From assembly GCF_009914755.1 (NCBI RefSeq), contig NC_060925.1: DNA of 64,000 nt, one strand, 5' to 3'. Below the pieces are notes generated by a model. The model ran no database searches, had not been told where the DNA came from, and worked only from the letters and a program-made list of their open reading frames with translations. The translations under genes and the position numbers were made by a program. The DNA is from the human T2T-CHM13v2.0 reference genome, Homo sapiens. This document shows positions 1 through 12,699 of the stretch, in pieces; position 1 is the stretch's first letter; each line of letters starts with the position of its first letter.

Positions 1-275
1 ATCCTATCCCTACAAATGATGAAAACCAGCCACACAAGTCCAGAAATACTTAATGATTGTGTCCTTAGATACTACTCTGAGATCAGGGTTGGGGTTCAAA
101 AAACCCAGCTCCTTTAAATATCACTTGTATGCTAAGGTATAGTTTTTAAAAATTAATATAGTGCTAGTGTGGTTGTGCCCAATGGCTTATAACCTCAGCT
201 CCACTGTGCCAGCCCCTCTCACTATGTAAATAGATCATTGCAGTCACACATAGTAGTGAAGGCCTCTGTTTCCTC

Positions 276-585
276 TGCTATGGTGTGAGTGTTGGTGTCC
301 CACCAATTTCATATGTTGAAATGTAATCCCCAATGCGATTGTATTAAGAGGTGGGGCCTTTAGGAGTGCTCTCCCCTCTTCAGTGGAATTTGTGATCTAT
401 AAAAGAGGTGAAAGGAAGCTGTTTGCCCTTTCTATCCCTCCTGCTATGTGAGGACTTTGGAGAAAGAACCATCTAGGAGGAATTGGCACTCACCACACAC
501 TGAATCTTCAGGAACTTGGTGTTTTGATCTGGGTTTCCCTGCCTACAAAACTGTGAGATATAAGTTTCTATTGTTTATAAATAGT
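276..585 (+). mobile_element. MaLR solo LTR, MLT1A/B-type
   Basis: TGCTATGG start; 'ttcatatgttgaaatgtaatccccaatgcgattgtattaagaggtggggccttt' and '...aactgtgagatataagtttctattgttt' resemble the MLT1 consensus. Confidence 0.75.
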
Positions 586-614
586 CCTTTCTATAACACC
601 ACTATTTATAATAT

Positions 615-1434
615 TGATAGGGACAGGAGGCAGGGAAATTCTATGCAGAAGAGGGAAGGTCCCTGGCGAGGGACCCACCCTCGAGCTGAAAAGCTTGGAA
701 CTGTGGCTCAAAGTGAGAACTTACATCCCTCATGACTCAAATGTTGCCTTTTCTAAAACCAACATGGCCTGCCTGCCCCCAATCCTGTGTGTATAAAAAT
801 CCCAGGCTAAACTGGCAGAGACAGAAGTAGCCAGACATCAGAGACTATGGTTGGATATTGGAGAGAAGTGGCTTAACTTCAGACGGACAGGTTGACAGTG
901 TAACTTCAGAGAAGAATCCAGCCAGAGACAGCCAGATTTCAAGGGAAGGTTATCTTCTGGCTCTATCCGCTTTCCAGCTCCCCTTCCCACTGAGAGCCAC
1001 TTCCATTAGTGATAAAATCCTCCACATTTACCATCCTCCAATTTGTTTGTGTGACCTCATTTCTCCTGGACACCGGACAAGAGCTTGGGTGCCATGAGTG
1101 CAGATGCAAACGGCTGTCACACTGACCCTTTACCCTAACTGGCGGAAGGCAGCTGCCTCACATGAAAAGGCAGAGGGCCCACTGAGTTGTCAACACTCAA
1201 GCTGCCCATGGATGGTTGAGCTAAAACAGCACTGTAACATTTCCTCTGGGGCTTCAAAGGTCACAGGCACCACACCCTAGATGCTGCCACAGGGCTGGTA
1301 TGGAGTTCACTCCTGCCGGTGCCCAAAAGCACTTGCCTGGCTCCTTTACCTACTCGCTGGAGAGGCCAGCTGACTCCCGAGCTCCTGTACTCCAGTTCCC
1401 GCCCACAAAGGGGTCAGGGAAATACCCTGTTTCA
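615..1434 (+). mobile_element. ERV1 solo LTR, MER50-like
   Basis: TG...CA ends (TGATAGGGACAGGAGGCAGGGAAATTC ... CCCTGTTTCA); TATA-like tataaaaa at ~792; flanks atat/ttat (3/4 match, 4-bp ERV1-type TSD). Confidence 0.75.
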
Positions 1435-1974
1435 TTATCACTGTTCATTTATTTTTATTTTTATTTATTATAATACTGTTTATAATACCAGTGTTAATCC
1501 AGAAGTATACAGAGTAGTAGTGCTTTTGTTGCCCCACAAATAAATCATTAAACCATTCCCTAGGAAAATGTTTTCCTAATTGCTTTACATTTGCACAACT
1601 GGTAAGAAATCCATTCCAGGTCCAGGTAAATTGCCGGTGTTTGGTCTATAAAGAGAAAATGCATTTCTCCAGTTGCCTAGTTATATCATTATGAAAATAT
1701 AATCCAGAAGAGATGTAAACACAGATGTATCTTTTAAAAAAAACAGCTACTACTATTTGATGTCTTAATTCAAATATTGCTAACATTAACACTAACACTT
1801 GGCTTAAAATAGCATATAGGAATGAAGATTAAAGATAAGATCTAGTCTATTAGTGTAGAGACTAAAATAAGTTGAAAGTGTCTGGAGATCTTATGTAACA
1901 AAACTATTCTAATTATTAAAATACTGGGTATAAAGAAGAAAAAACAAAATTGTCTATCTGGCTCCTTTCAAATA

Positions 1975-3908
1975 CAGTTGACCCCTGATACACAGGTTAG
2001 GGGCACCAACTCCCACCCCTACTGCTACACACAGTCAAAAAACATCTGCGTATAATTTTTGAATTTCCAAAAACTTAACTACTGATAGTTGACTGGAAGC
2101 CTTATCAATAACAAAAAATCAATCAACACATATTTTGTATGTTATGTGCATTATAGACTATATTCTTGCCAAAAAGTGAGTCAGAGAAAGGAAAATGTTA
2201 TGAAGAAAATCATAAAGAAGAAAAAATAAGTGTACTGTTCATTAAGTGGAAGTGGATCATCATAAAGGTCTTCATATTATCCTCTTCACGTTGAGTAGGC
2301 TGAAAAGAAGGAGGAAGAGGAAAGGTTGGTCTTGGTGTCCCAGGGGTGGCAGAGGCAGAGGGTAAAGGAGGTAAAAGAAGGGACAGGAGAAGCAGGTATG
2401 CTACGTGTAACTATGGAAATACAACCTAATTTCTGTCTGACTCTTTTTGTGCTTTTTCATTTCTCAAAAAATGTTTCTATACTGTATAATCCTTCTTCTA
2501 CCATTTGATTTTGTTTCATTGCCCATAGAAGGGTCCATGTCATAAAAGAAGTCATAAACAGTCACGAATAAACAGAACGCTTCTGCCAGATTGTCTGTCA
2601 ATTTGTTTTCTGGTACCACTTCTTCTACATCTTCTTCTTCATTGTCTGACACTAGTTCAGAAGCATTTATCTCTTTTCAACTAATAAATGTTCTTTGTGG
2701 GATTTTTCTTTTCCAGAATAAGGCACTGTTGTCTGCATTAAAAACCTGTTCAGGCAGATGTTCTTTCTCTTCCATGATTTTTTCAGTGGCGTCTGGGAAC
2801 TTGCCTGCTGCTTCTTGGTTGGCTGAAGCTGCTTCTCCTGTTATCTTGACATTTTTAAGTCAAACCACTTTCTAAAATTATCAGATCATGCTTTGCTGGA
2901 ATTAACTTCTTCAGCTTTGGATCCTTCACCTTCTTTTACCTTAAGTTGTCATATAATAATTTCACTTTTTCTCAAATCATATTAGAATCTATAGATATGC
3001 CTCTGTTATAACAATCCTGTACCCACATAAAACCTGCATTTTTAATAGGAGATACAAAGGTATTTTGCAAGAAGCACAAGATTCTCACACCTGCTGGCAT
3101 AACTGCAGCCATGACTTTACAATTTTCCTTTTTTTTTTTTTTTTCTCACAATGGTCTTTACACCGTATTCATTTATCTTGAAATGTTGAGCAACCACAGC
3201 TGGAGATCTTGATCTATTGTACACATCAAACAATTCAACTTTTTCTTGTAATATCATGACTTTTCTGTTTCTTGGGAGCGCTTTCAGCATCACTTGTTCT
3301 TTGTATGCATCTCACGATGTTATTCAAGATTTACTCTATTTCACTAAACACAATGAAAAATACAGGGGAACCATGAGGGATTACTTTTAACTGCAATATG
3401 CAATTTACTAAAGAGAACTGCTCACATGGAGATAATTAGCATCACAATTTTGAGAGATACTCGCAACATTTGAGCTCACTGCAATAGCGACAGAAGACAG
3501 CTATGAAATTACAGCAGTAGTGCACTACATACTACAGTTAATTTTATGCTGTTATGATTTAATATAAATTCTTACACTTGTTTACATTTACTTCTACTGC
3601 GAATGACACCACGTGAGGTCTGTGTTTATGTGCATTCATTTTGATAAATTTTAACCTTTCATAATAGATTTGTGGATGTTTTATTATAATAAATAACAAA
3701 ATAGACTAGTACTACATATATTTTACACATTCGGACATACATAAATTTTTCTTAATTTTTTTTGACATTTCTAGGCTACGCAGTTCACCTAGGAGGGCTT
3801 TCAAATTGTTGCAAATCCTCAAAAGTTTTTCCAGTATAGTTATAGAAAAAAAGTCTATGTATAAATGGACTCATGCAGTTTAAACCAATGTTGTTCAAGA
3901 GTCAATTG
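1975..3908 (-). mobile_element. Tigger2 (pogo/Tc1-mariner) DNA transposon, internally deleted
   Basis: TIR-like ends CAGTTGACCC / GAGTCAATTG with TA on both sides; minus-strand transposase relics: N-terminal HTH (~3290-2950), 'VFNAD' motif (~2740) and acidic C-terminus EEEDVEEVVPENKLT...FFYDMDPSM (ORF 2464..2652). Confidence 0.9.
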
Positions 3909-5087
3909 TATCACTAATATCCATTTTTAATAAAACTGTTACAGAAAACTTTAAGTTGTATAAGATTTTACAAAATCCCTACAACTACTGAACAGCAGCA
4001 TGCTGTGGAATAACTATGGTTTATTATATCTCTGGTACTGTTTTTTGTGGTGGAAGAGATCTTTTAATTATTCTGATTTCAAGGTGAAACCAGTGGTTTA
4101 AATTCTTAAAACATTTCTGAAGACAAAAATAGCATAGGTTAGTTCAAATTACAAGCAATAGAACAACCTCAAGTTATATTTCATGATGGGAATTTATTTT
4201 AGAGAGTGTGTACTGGAAAATAAGGAAGCAAAGATTTTTTTTTTTTTTTTCAGAAATCACACATGGAAGCTTTACTAATACCTCAATTCAGGTATCAAAC
4301 TGACATCCCTTTTCTGGTATTACCTCCATCTTAACAACCCTGCTGTATTCCCGCTCTGTCTTCCTCCTCCTGTTCCCAGTACTGATTCTATTGCCACACT
4401 TCCGTGGCTGTCTGTCTAGGTATTATATTTAAAACTCTCAACCAGAAAGGACGTGTCTGAACTGCATTGTCACCATCAAAGGGAGATTATCCCCACTGGG
4501 TAGGCGTGTGCTTGCTTGTTTGATTTTTGCCATTTATTATTACTCATAAGTCTAGTCTAAGATTGCCTTTGTCTAAGATGCTAACTCCTGAATCAGTCTC
4601 TGTGGAAAGGAATCACAGTCAAATGTCAAATCAAAAGACTGAATGTGAGTTATTTAAAGTCTCACAGTCTGTCTAGTACAGTAGCCATATTTAGTTATAA
4701 GTGTGAAAGACTTTTTTATATTATTTTAGATGTATTTTTCATTAGTAATATTTGTGAAGAATCTCTTCTAGAATCTGTTACATCTGTGGCCATATTTACA
4801 AAGCATTATCTATTTGAATGCATGCTAAGTGTACTCTTACTTTTATAAAGTATTTAAAGTACTTCTTTTTGAATGTATCTCTTTTTAAATCTTTTCATCT
4901 TATCAGCATTTGTAAAAAATTAAATCAAAAATGTAATAACAGTTTTGTGGAATGCTCACCAGAGCCATGGTTCATATTTATTTATAATAATACTGTAACT
5001 GTAATAAACTAAATTTTTATAATGGACAGAGAGATTATCACTTTGCCCTTATATAAAAGTAAAAATTAATTTATTAGAAATGTTATG

Positions 5088-5385
5088 GGCAGTTGCTATG
5101 GCTCACGCCTGTAATCCCAGCACTTTGGGAGGCTAAGGTGGGTGGATCACTTGAGGTCAGGAGTTTGAGGCCAGCCTGGCCAATGTGGCAAAACCCCATC
5201 TCTACTAAAAATACAAAAATTAACTGAGCATGGTGGCATATGCCTGTAAGCCCAGATACTCAGGGTAGCTGAGGCAGGAGAATTGCTTGAATCCAGTGGG
5301 CAGAGGTTGCAGTGAGCCAAGATTGCGCCACTGCACTCCAGTCTGGGTGACAGAGCGAGACTCTGTCTCAAAATAAATAAATAAA
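5088..5385 (+). mobile_element. Alu SINE (AluS/J-type)
   Basis: Dimeric Alu with A-rich linker and (AAAT)n tail. Confidence 0.95.
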
Positions 5386-5799
5386 TACATTTAATTAAGT
5401 TAAATTTAAAAAGAGAAAATTTATATTACTTGCCAACATAATTATTCCACAATACCAACTTTTTAATATTATTTTAATAATTGTAATCCTTGATACAATA
5501 AATTTCTCCTAATCATGAAAATGTTTTCCTTCATTAGAAATCTGTTTGATTAGTCTTCTTTTTGCTGATTCTCTGCTTTATATTTAGTTTCATAACTAAC
5601 ATAATTGTTTTATTCAATTATGTGTATATTTATTTATGCAAGTTTCTAGTCTAATTTGAACGTTATAATAATAATGATATTGAAATTTATTTCTCTGATA
5701 AATAGTTGAGTGCTAAATATATGGGAAACACAGTTCTAGTCATTGGGGAAATAACAATTATGAAAACTGAGTTCTTGCCCTCATGAATGTTTCGCTTAC

Positions 5800-6015
5800 C
5801 GTTTGTTAAGTATTTGTGTTAAGCCAGGGCCTATGCTAGCACTTTTTATGCATTACCTCAACTGATCCTCACTGTTATTCCTACATCCTTCTTTCAAAGA
5901 AGAGGAATTGAAACTTCAAGAAGTTTTTTAACTTGATCAAGTTCACACAGCTAAAACCTGGCAAAGCTGAGCTAACACCACCTGACTTCCAAATTTCCAC
6001 TTTTAATTCCTACAT
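5800..6015 (-). mobile_element. MIR SINE relic
   Basis: 'agaggaattgaaacttcaagaag...acttgatcaagttcacacagcta' resembles the antisense MIR core. Confidence 0.6.
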
Positions 6016-6122
6016 TCTTTTCATTAAGATGAGTTCTCCTACTCCAAACTCAATTTTCTTTCATTTTGCAAAATTTTTTTTATTTTTTAGTAACTGTTAT
6101 TTATAAATGTTTTAGAAGTTTT

Positions 6123-6143
6123 ACACACACACACACACACACA
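6123..6143. repeat. (AC)n microsatellite
   Basis: About 10 AC units, seen directly. Confidence 0.9.
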
Positions 6144-8947
6144 CTTTTTTTTTGAAAAAAACTGGTTTTGTGGAACTAAATATAATGAAAATTATAAAAG
6201 TCAGTTGTATTGCATTGGAAAAGAGAACTTGAAAATACTGCAGCCAATAATGATTTCATTAGCTATTTCATCCATTCTCAAAGGAAAAATGAATACAATA
6301 TTAAAGTGATTGTGAAGATGGTCAAGATATTTGTAAAACATTCTATAAAAAGTGATATGATAGATATAATGCTACCCTATATTTTCTCAAACGTAGGGCC
6401 GTATAGTCACATATTAAATGCTTAGCAAAAAAAGCCTTTAATTATATGATATTATTTTCTCTTCTTTTTCCCCAAATTCTAGCCTTTATTTCAAAATACA
6501 ACTTTCTGAGCACCTATGTTTTAATGACAGAGCAAAATGGGCAATGTGGAAAGATCTGTGCATTTCAACTCCAAACTTTTATAAACAAAACCCATCTGAT
6601 TTATTAAAGGAGTTTAACAGCACTCAAAGAGATTCCAAAACAATTTACACTTACATATTACTTGCTATCTAGAACACTTTTCGGGCCCCAAAGAACGCAA
6701 AAGTGATCAGGCAAACACGTTTGCCCAAAGACAAAAGGCAAAGCAATACAATAACAAGGAGAGAAGGCGGGGCCCCCTTGCTGGTCCTCACCCTTAGAAG
6801 AGAGAGGAAACTGAGAAGATGGTGTGGAAGCTCAGTGAGCCTGAGGAAACCCGGTAACTAGGAGAGTCTCAGATCCCTCTTCCTAAATATAGCATGAATC
6901 ATTTCCACACTACTGAGACCATTTCACAGAGCCAGGGACTCTTTCCAGGGTTGACACTAGGGAGAGTCCCAACCACAAATTCAGCACAGACTCTGTGCTC
7001 TAAAAGTCCTGAACAAACCTAAGGTGTTTTATCATTCTCTAATAAGGGTTTTGACCCCAGGAGCAGTCAAAGATCAGACAGGGATCTTTTGGAGCACTCA
7101 GTAGTGATTACAGTAGAGCCCCCAGTAAGTGGCACCCAACCTTCTGCTTGCCATTTGCAATCAAGGATAAATTGTGTGGCAGGAAAAAAACACTTAGGTC
7201 CACTAGGTATTTTATAGTCCAAGTCATCCTACCTCTCAAATTTGAGATCAACAAATATTTTTATTTTTCAAAACGTCAGACTTCTGCAAAAAATGGTAGC
7301 TCCAGAGCTTTTTACTATGAACGTGTAACAAGTCTAATTTGAAACTCATAAATGATCTATGACTTATTTGTCCAATGCTATATTACTTCCACTGAGGCAA
7401 CAGTTGCTACTAGCTTTGTAAATCAAGGGTTGGAGAGTGTATATAAAATTCAAAAAGGAGCATTTCTGTTAAACATTTTCACGTATTATCTGGCTCCGCT
7501 AGTCTTGGTAGTTTTAAGTAGAAAGGAAAAGATATGTAAGGTATTCACAAATAATTTTTGTAAAAAATAAAAATACTGACAAACAAGAGTTTGCCTCAAT
7601 AATTACATACTTTGTGTGACACAAATTTATTTTGTCCCATATAGTTTCTACATACTCAAAGTAAAAATCTGAAATTCAGCCTGCAGAACTATAATCTTCT
7701 TCTATTTTTAGAATTTAAATTCAATATTTGTCTTAGATTCCAACAAATCCAACTACTGAAAGTGAGATACTGCATTAGGCACTGTATCTAAAGAAATGAC
7801 ACTCTCTGAAGACAAGTAAGACAGGCATAAGAGCATCTTAAGTTTAGCATACAAAGTAATAATTTTAGAACTGATAAGAATAATTTGTTGTAGAAAAAGG
7901 AGCAACAAATTCAATAGGCCTCCTTCTAAACCGGACTCTGACACAAGAGATGTCATTTCAAGAAACTGTTTGCTTCTCTAAATATCTGCAGGTAATTCCT
8001 TTGATTGAAGAAAAAGGTTTTCCTCAATATGTAGGTTAGTCTACCTGGTAAGAGAATTATTAGACTTACTAGACATGATATAGGAAAACAATCTTTGATA
8101 TATTGTGAGTTGAAAGTTCTTTGGACTTACCTGCTTTGGAAATCCTGAGGGAGTCTGTGACCATTTGTTACATGATAAAATATTTATCATGTGAAAATAC
8201 TTGAATTTAATGAGCAATTATTGGGAGATCATGATATGGCAAAATCTGAGGCATGAAAATCACCTGGAAAAATTCATGTCACAATAAAGAGAGGAAAAGC
8301 ATGAACTAGTCTCAATCTTTACATTTTGAAATGTCAGAGGATACAAGAACATTTCTCTTACTGTCCCAAATGAAAAAAGTAATGCTATAATTGGACACTG
8401 ACACTGTCAGTCATCTTAAGTGTGTAGTGAGGCAGATGATTTCAGGGGTGGGAAATAGCAACCAGTTGTGTTGTCCATCAACCAGCTCCTTTTTTTTTTC
8501 CACCTGTTTGCCTGAGATGGGGGTTTCTAGTTCTGCCTGGATCTTTTAAATAATACAAAAAAAATGAGATCTCACCAACAGAAGGCTATGGAAACTCATG
8601 CTTTAAAATGTATTTGCAGGATAGAATTAACCAAGATATGCAAAGCCAACACTAAACTTCAGAAACCACCTTTTTTTCTGTCATTCTTTATATATCCACA
8701 AGGAATAGGATAACACGACATTTTCATCACTAGCCAAAGAAAATTTGGACTAAGAATTGTTTTTATGAATTTCATCCCGGAGAAAATGGTTTTTTTTTTG
8801 ATCATCCACATGATCAAAATTATCAGGCAAGGTTTTATATTATAGTCATTCCTTAGGGTTAAAACAGGACATATTCCATATTTCTAAAAGTATTACACAT
8901 TTTTACTATTAAAATGGTATCATTAAACCTTAAATTATCCTCTACTC

Positions 8948-9302
8948 CAGAGGTCCCCAGCTTTTCTGGCACCAGGAACCAGTTTTGTGGATACAATTTA
9001 TACATGGACTGGGAAGGGGTTGGGGATGGCTTAAGAATTAAACTATTCCACCTCAGATCATCAGGCATTAGTTATTAATAGATTCTCATAAGGCACGCAC
9101 AACCTAAATCCCTTACATATGTAGTTCACGATGGTGTTTGCACTCCTATGAGACCCTAAAGCCTCCACTGATTTGACAGAAACCGGAGCTCAGGCAGTAA
9201 TGCTTGCTGGCCCACCGCTCACATCCTGCTATGCAGCCCATTTCCTAACAGGCCATGCGTGGATCGGTACCAGTCTGTGGCCAGGAGCATTAGGGACCCC
9301 TG
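8948..9302 (+). mobile_element. MER1B hAT-Charlie MITE
   Basis: TIRs CAGAGGTCCCC / GGGACCCCTG; 8-bp TSD ctctactc/ccctactc; internal 'ttccacctcagatcatcaggcattag' typical of MER1. Confidence 0.9.
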
Positions 9303-11671
9303 CCCTACTCCACTAAACTAGGGACTCCCCAAAGAAAATAATAGTCCTTTAAGTAACCCCTTTATCTAACAGTCCTCAACATCATCGCTGCCGTGTTTGG
9401 TAGGTTTCCCATATACTAGGAATCCCAAAGACCTTATAAAAAGTATATATCTTATAAATATAATAATGAAACTGGGCATTCTGTGCTCAAAACAATCAAA
9501 ATTTTATTTTACAGAAGTAATAAAACAAAAATAAAAAATAATTTTAAAATAAACTTGTTTTGATCTGCTAGTGCTTATCTTCATATTTATTAGAAAATGA
9601 TATAAACATAATTTTATGGTAATTCTAATTGATATTTTCATTTAATACAAGACTATTGTTGATTAATGATAATATCTTTATAACAGTTATGCTTATTTTA
9701 AAGCTTAGTATTTTTCTGTTATTTTGCTATTGGTGGATCATTGGCAACACTAAACCATATTGATAAAGATTAAGGTAACATTGTGCTTTTACTTTAAGAA
9801 TATAAAGAAAAACAAAAGCAATGGTTAAAGGAATCCACAGGTATAATTATGGTGTGGTATGCCTATTACTTTTCCAAATAATTTAGGGAAACTGAAGTTA
9901 CTTAGAAAAAAAAAATTAATATCTTAGATTCCACATTTCCTCAGGTCAGCTGTCCTCCAGTTTTTACTGCTACTGATATCATGGTAGATATTAACCAAAG
10001 TAATGACATACAGGCCAGATATAAAGGCAGTCAAGATTTGGAGTTGGCTGATAATATGCCTTCTAACCAGGCGTCTAGAGGAAACGATTTTTTTCATATG
10101 TCACCCACAAAATAGTGTATATATCTCATTTTGAAAGTAACAAAGTATCTTTCTTTTAAAAATAAATTATACACGTTTTACATTTTTTGTCTTTCATTTA
10201 AATGACAATGTTATTCCATGAGTTAAATTCAAGGACTATAAGAAAGAAACTCCATGAAAGGAGGGACATTTTTGACTTGTGCAGCAGAGTGTATTCAGTA
10301 CCTAGTAACACACAACAGTCCACAATCCCCCATGAATATTTTTAATATAAGGGAATATTAGTGTACGAGTAATTTAAGATTTCTAAAGGCTTTGAAAAAT
10401 ATACATCAAATTCTTGTAAAAACATAGCTTATAACTTTTGCACTAAATATTCCTGAAAATATGATAAAATAATATTTCTAATATAGTAAATGATAAAATT
10501 ATCCTTAATGGTATATACCCTATTATTACAAATGCATTTGTAAATGATTATATATTTTATCCAGTAGTTTGTTGTGACAGTATTCTGGATAAAATCTCAG
10601 CTCCAAAGGACAATGGTTAGTTAAATAACTTAGAAGTCTAAATACCTCAATTTGTATTTTGTCTTATTTTAGATAAATACATATGAATAAACATTTAAAA
10701 CCTAATATAAAATAAAATAACTCTTCTGATGTATATAAAATCAGTGAATGAATCTGAGGCAGTTCATTTCATTCTGCTACAAACTGAAGAAAAACAAACT
10801 GGCATAAGCAGTAATTAAATTTAAGGCAATGTTTTGCAATGCATGTTCAGTTTCTGAAGAATAAACAGCTGCTTGTAAAATGTGACAGTTTCTTCCTCTT
10901 CAGAGAGAAGCAGAAAATCTCTTGAAAAGCAGAAAATCACATGAGTGGAATAAAATTCAAACAAATTTTATGCATGAATAAATACAGTAAACTTTAATTT
11001 GTACAAACAGGAAAACTGTTATATCAGTGTCTGTAAAAATATGATAGATGTTAATATTGCTGTTAATTTATTCTTATAAATTTTCAGATATAGAACAAAT
11101 CTAAATATTTTAGAAACTGTAAACCATATTTTATCCTGAGACAAAATCCAACCTCAGAGCACGCAATATTCAACATAAAATATAAAACCATCCTGACGTA
11201 GCTCAATAGATAATGCTGATAAGTATTTAAACCTATTTTCGGATTAAATCTGCTGCCACAGTTTCAAAATAAAATACCATATCTGAAATCTTAGCACGTC
11301 TTTTATTTGAACTTAAACTACTTCAAACTGAGTCACTTTTCTCTGATTAAAGCCTTGGCAACCACCACTGAGAACTTGTTTTTGACATGTCAATTCACAG
11401 AACCCAAGAATTCTCTACTTTGTACAGTTCAGTCATAGTTTTAACAAATAATTTTCAGATTCCAATTCAAGGGAGGAATGCAGTCAAGGGAACATACTTA
11501 AAGATGATCACCTTTTTTCATACTCTTTAGCCAGTTGAGAAAAACTTATACATACAAAAATAAAGAATGACAAAGATAAAAAGTTTATCAAACTGGATTT
11601 GACTAGCCCATCTAGTCTTCTGCTGGCGATATACGGTAAGGATGCCATTGCCAAAATACACTAGCATGCAT

Positions 11672-11689
11672 TGGCACAGTGAGTATGTT
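11672..11689 (+). promoter_or_regulatory. Primer-binding site, tRNA-Ser-like
   Basis: TGGCACAGTGAGTATGTT vs recalled Ser(UGA) PBS TGGCGCAGCGAGCAGGGT: 13/18 identical, two mismatches are CpG-type transitions; sits just after a CA at the start of the internal region. Confidence 0.55.
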
Positions 11690-12699
11690 CAGTCTGCCGG
11701 GACCATGGTTTGGTAAAATGCGTAAATATCCCTTACTACCCAGCCCAAGGCTGAGATATTAGCTTGGGGGTCAGAGGCTGGACTTGCAGCTGGATGATTT
11801 ATAGGGAAGGAAAGGTGATAAGTGGAACATAGTCACCCCCCACTCCCTTCCTACTGATATGAGTGAGCTGGCTGTGTGTATTGAGACAGAGAGACAGGAA
11901 TGTGGAAACAGAGGAATGAGGTCCGTGATCTCCTGGTTTTTGGGCACTTATGCAATCGCTCATCCTTGGAGGATAGCTATGGAAGCAAGTGATCAGTGAG
12001 ACCCTGAGGTACTTGAAGGATTATGGGACAGAGGTACTCAGATTGTCTTTGAGGCACTTGAGAAGGAATCAACATGTGCAGGAGCACATGGATGATGGAG
12101 TTGCTTAAAACAAAACCATCAAGTGTGTTCCTTCACAGAAAGAGAAATTGTGATCTCAAGGGGCTGGTGGTGGCAAAATCCAGGAGAGAACATGTTGTCT
12201 TGGCTATTTGAGGTAGTCGTTGAACAGGGGGTAGAGTGTTTTGCTGTCGGGGAAGGAATGACAAAGCTTGGGTAGATTGGCTCTAAACCTAGTGTTGGAG
12301 CACATGCTCAGGCTGATCCAACTAGCCACGGCTGCAGATTGCCAAGGTGACAAACCAGAATCTTTCCTTTTTTTGTCTGGCATTTAGCATTCTAACCTCT
12401 TACCCCACGCAGTATGATACGCCTAAGCTTCCTATACACTCCTGGCATAGGGAGGGTGAGGCTACCACTGCCTTGTGCAGGATGGCAATGGGCTTATGGT
12501 TGTATGGGCCCAGGAGTGGGGAACTGGATGATACTCAATTGCCTAGAAACAGTTTTGATTATTTTATAGGCAGTGGAGGAACTGATATCCACCTCAGCCT
12601 CTCCAGGAGAGCCATCTTCCCAGACAGAGACATTAAGATCTTCATACTCAGACTTCCCTAAACTGAAACAGGCATAGAAGTATGACCAAGGTCTCCACC

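Noticed and set aside
7130-7140. TGGCACCCAAC, Lys-PBS-like
   Set aside because: Only 11 nt, with no recognisable LTR end before it or gag after it
11624-11643. Alternative Ser(AGA)-like PBS TGGCGATATACGGTAAGGAT
   Set aside because: Needs two gaps and lies outside the flanking direct repeat; the site at 11672 fits better
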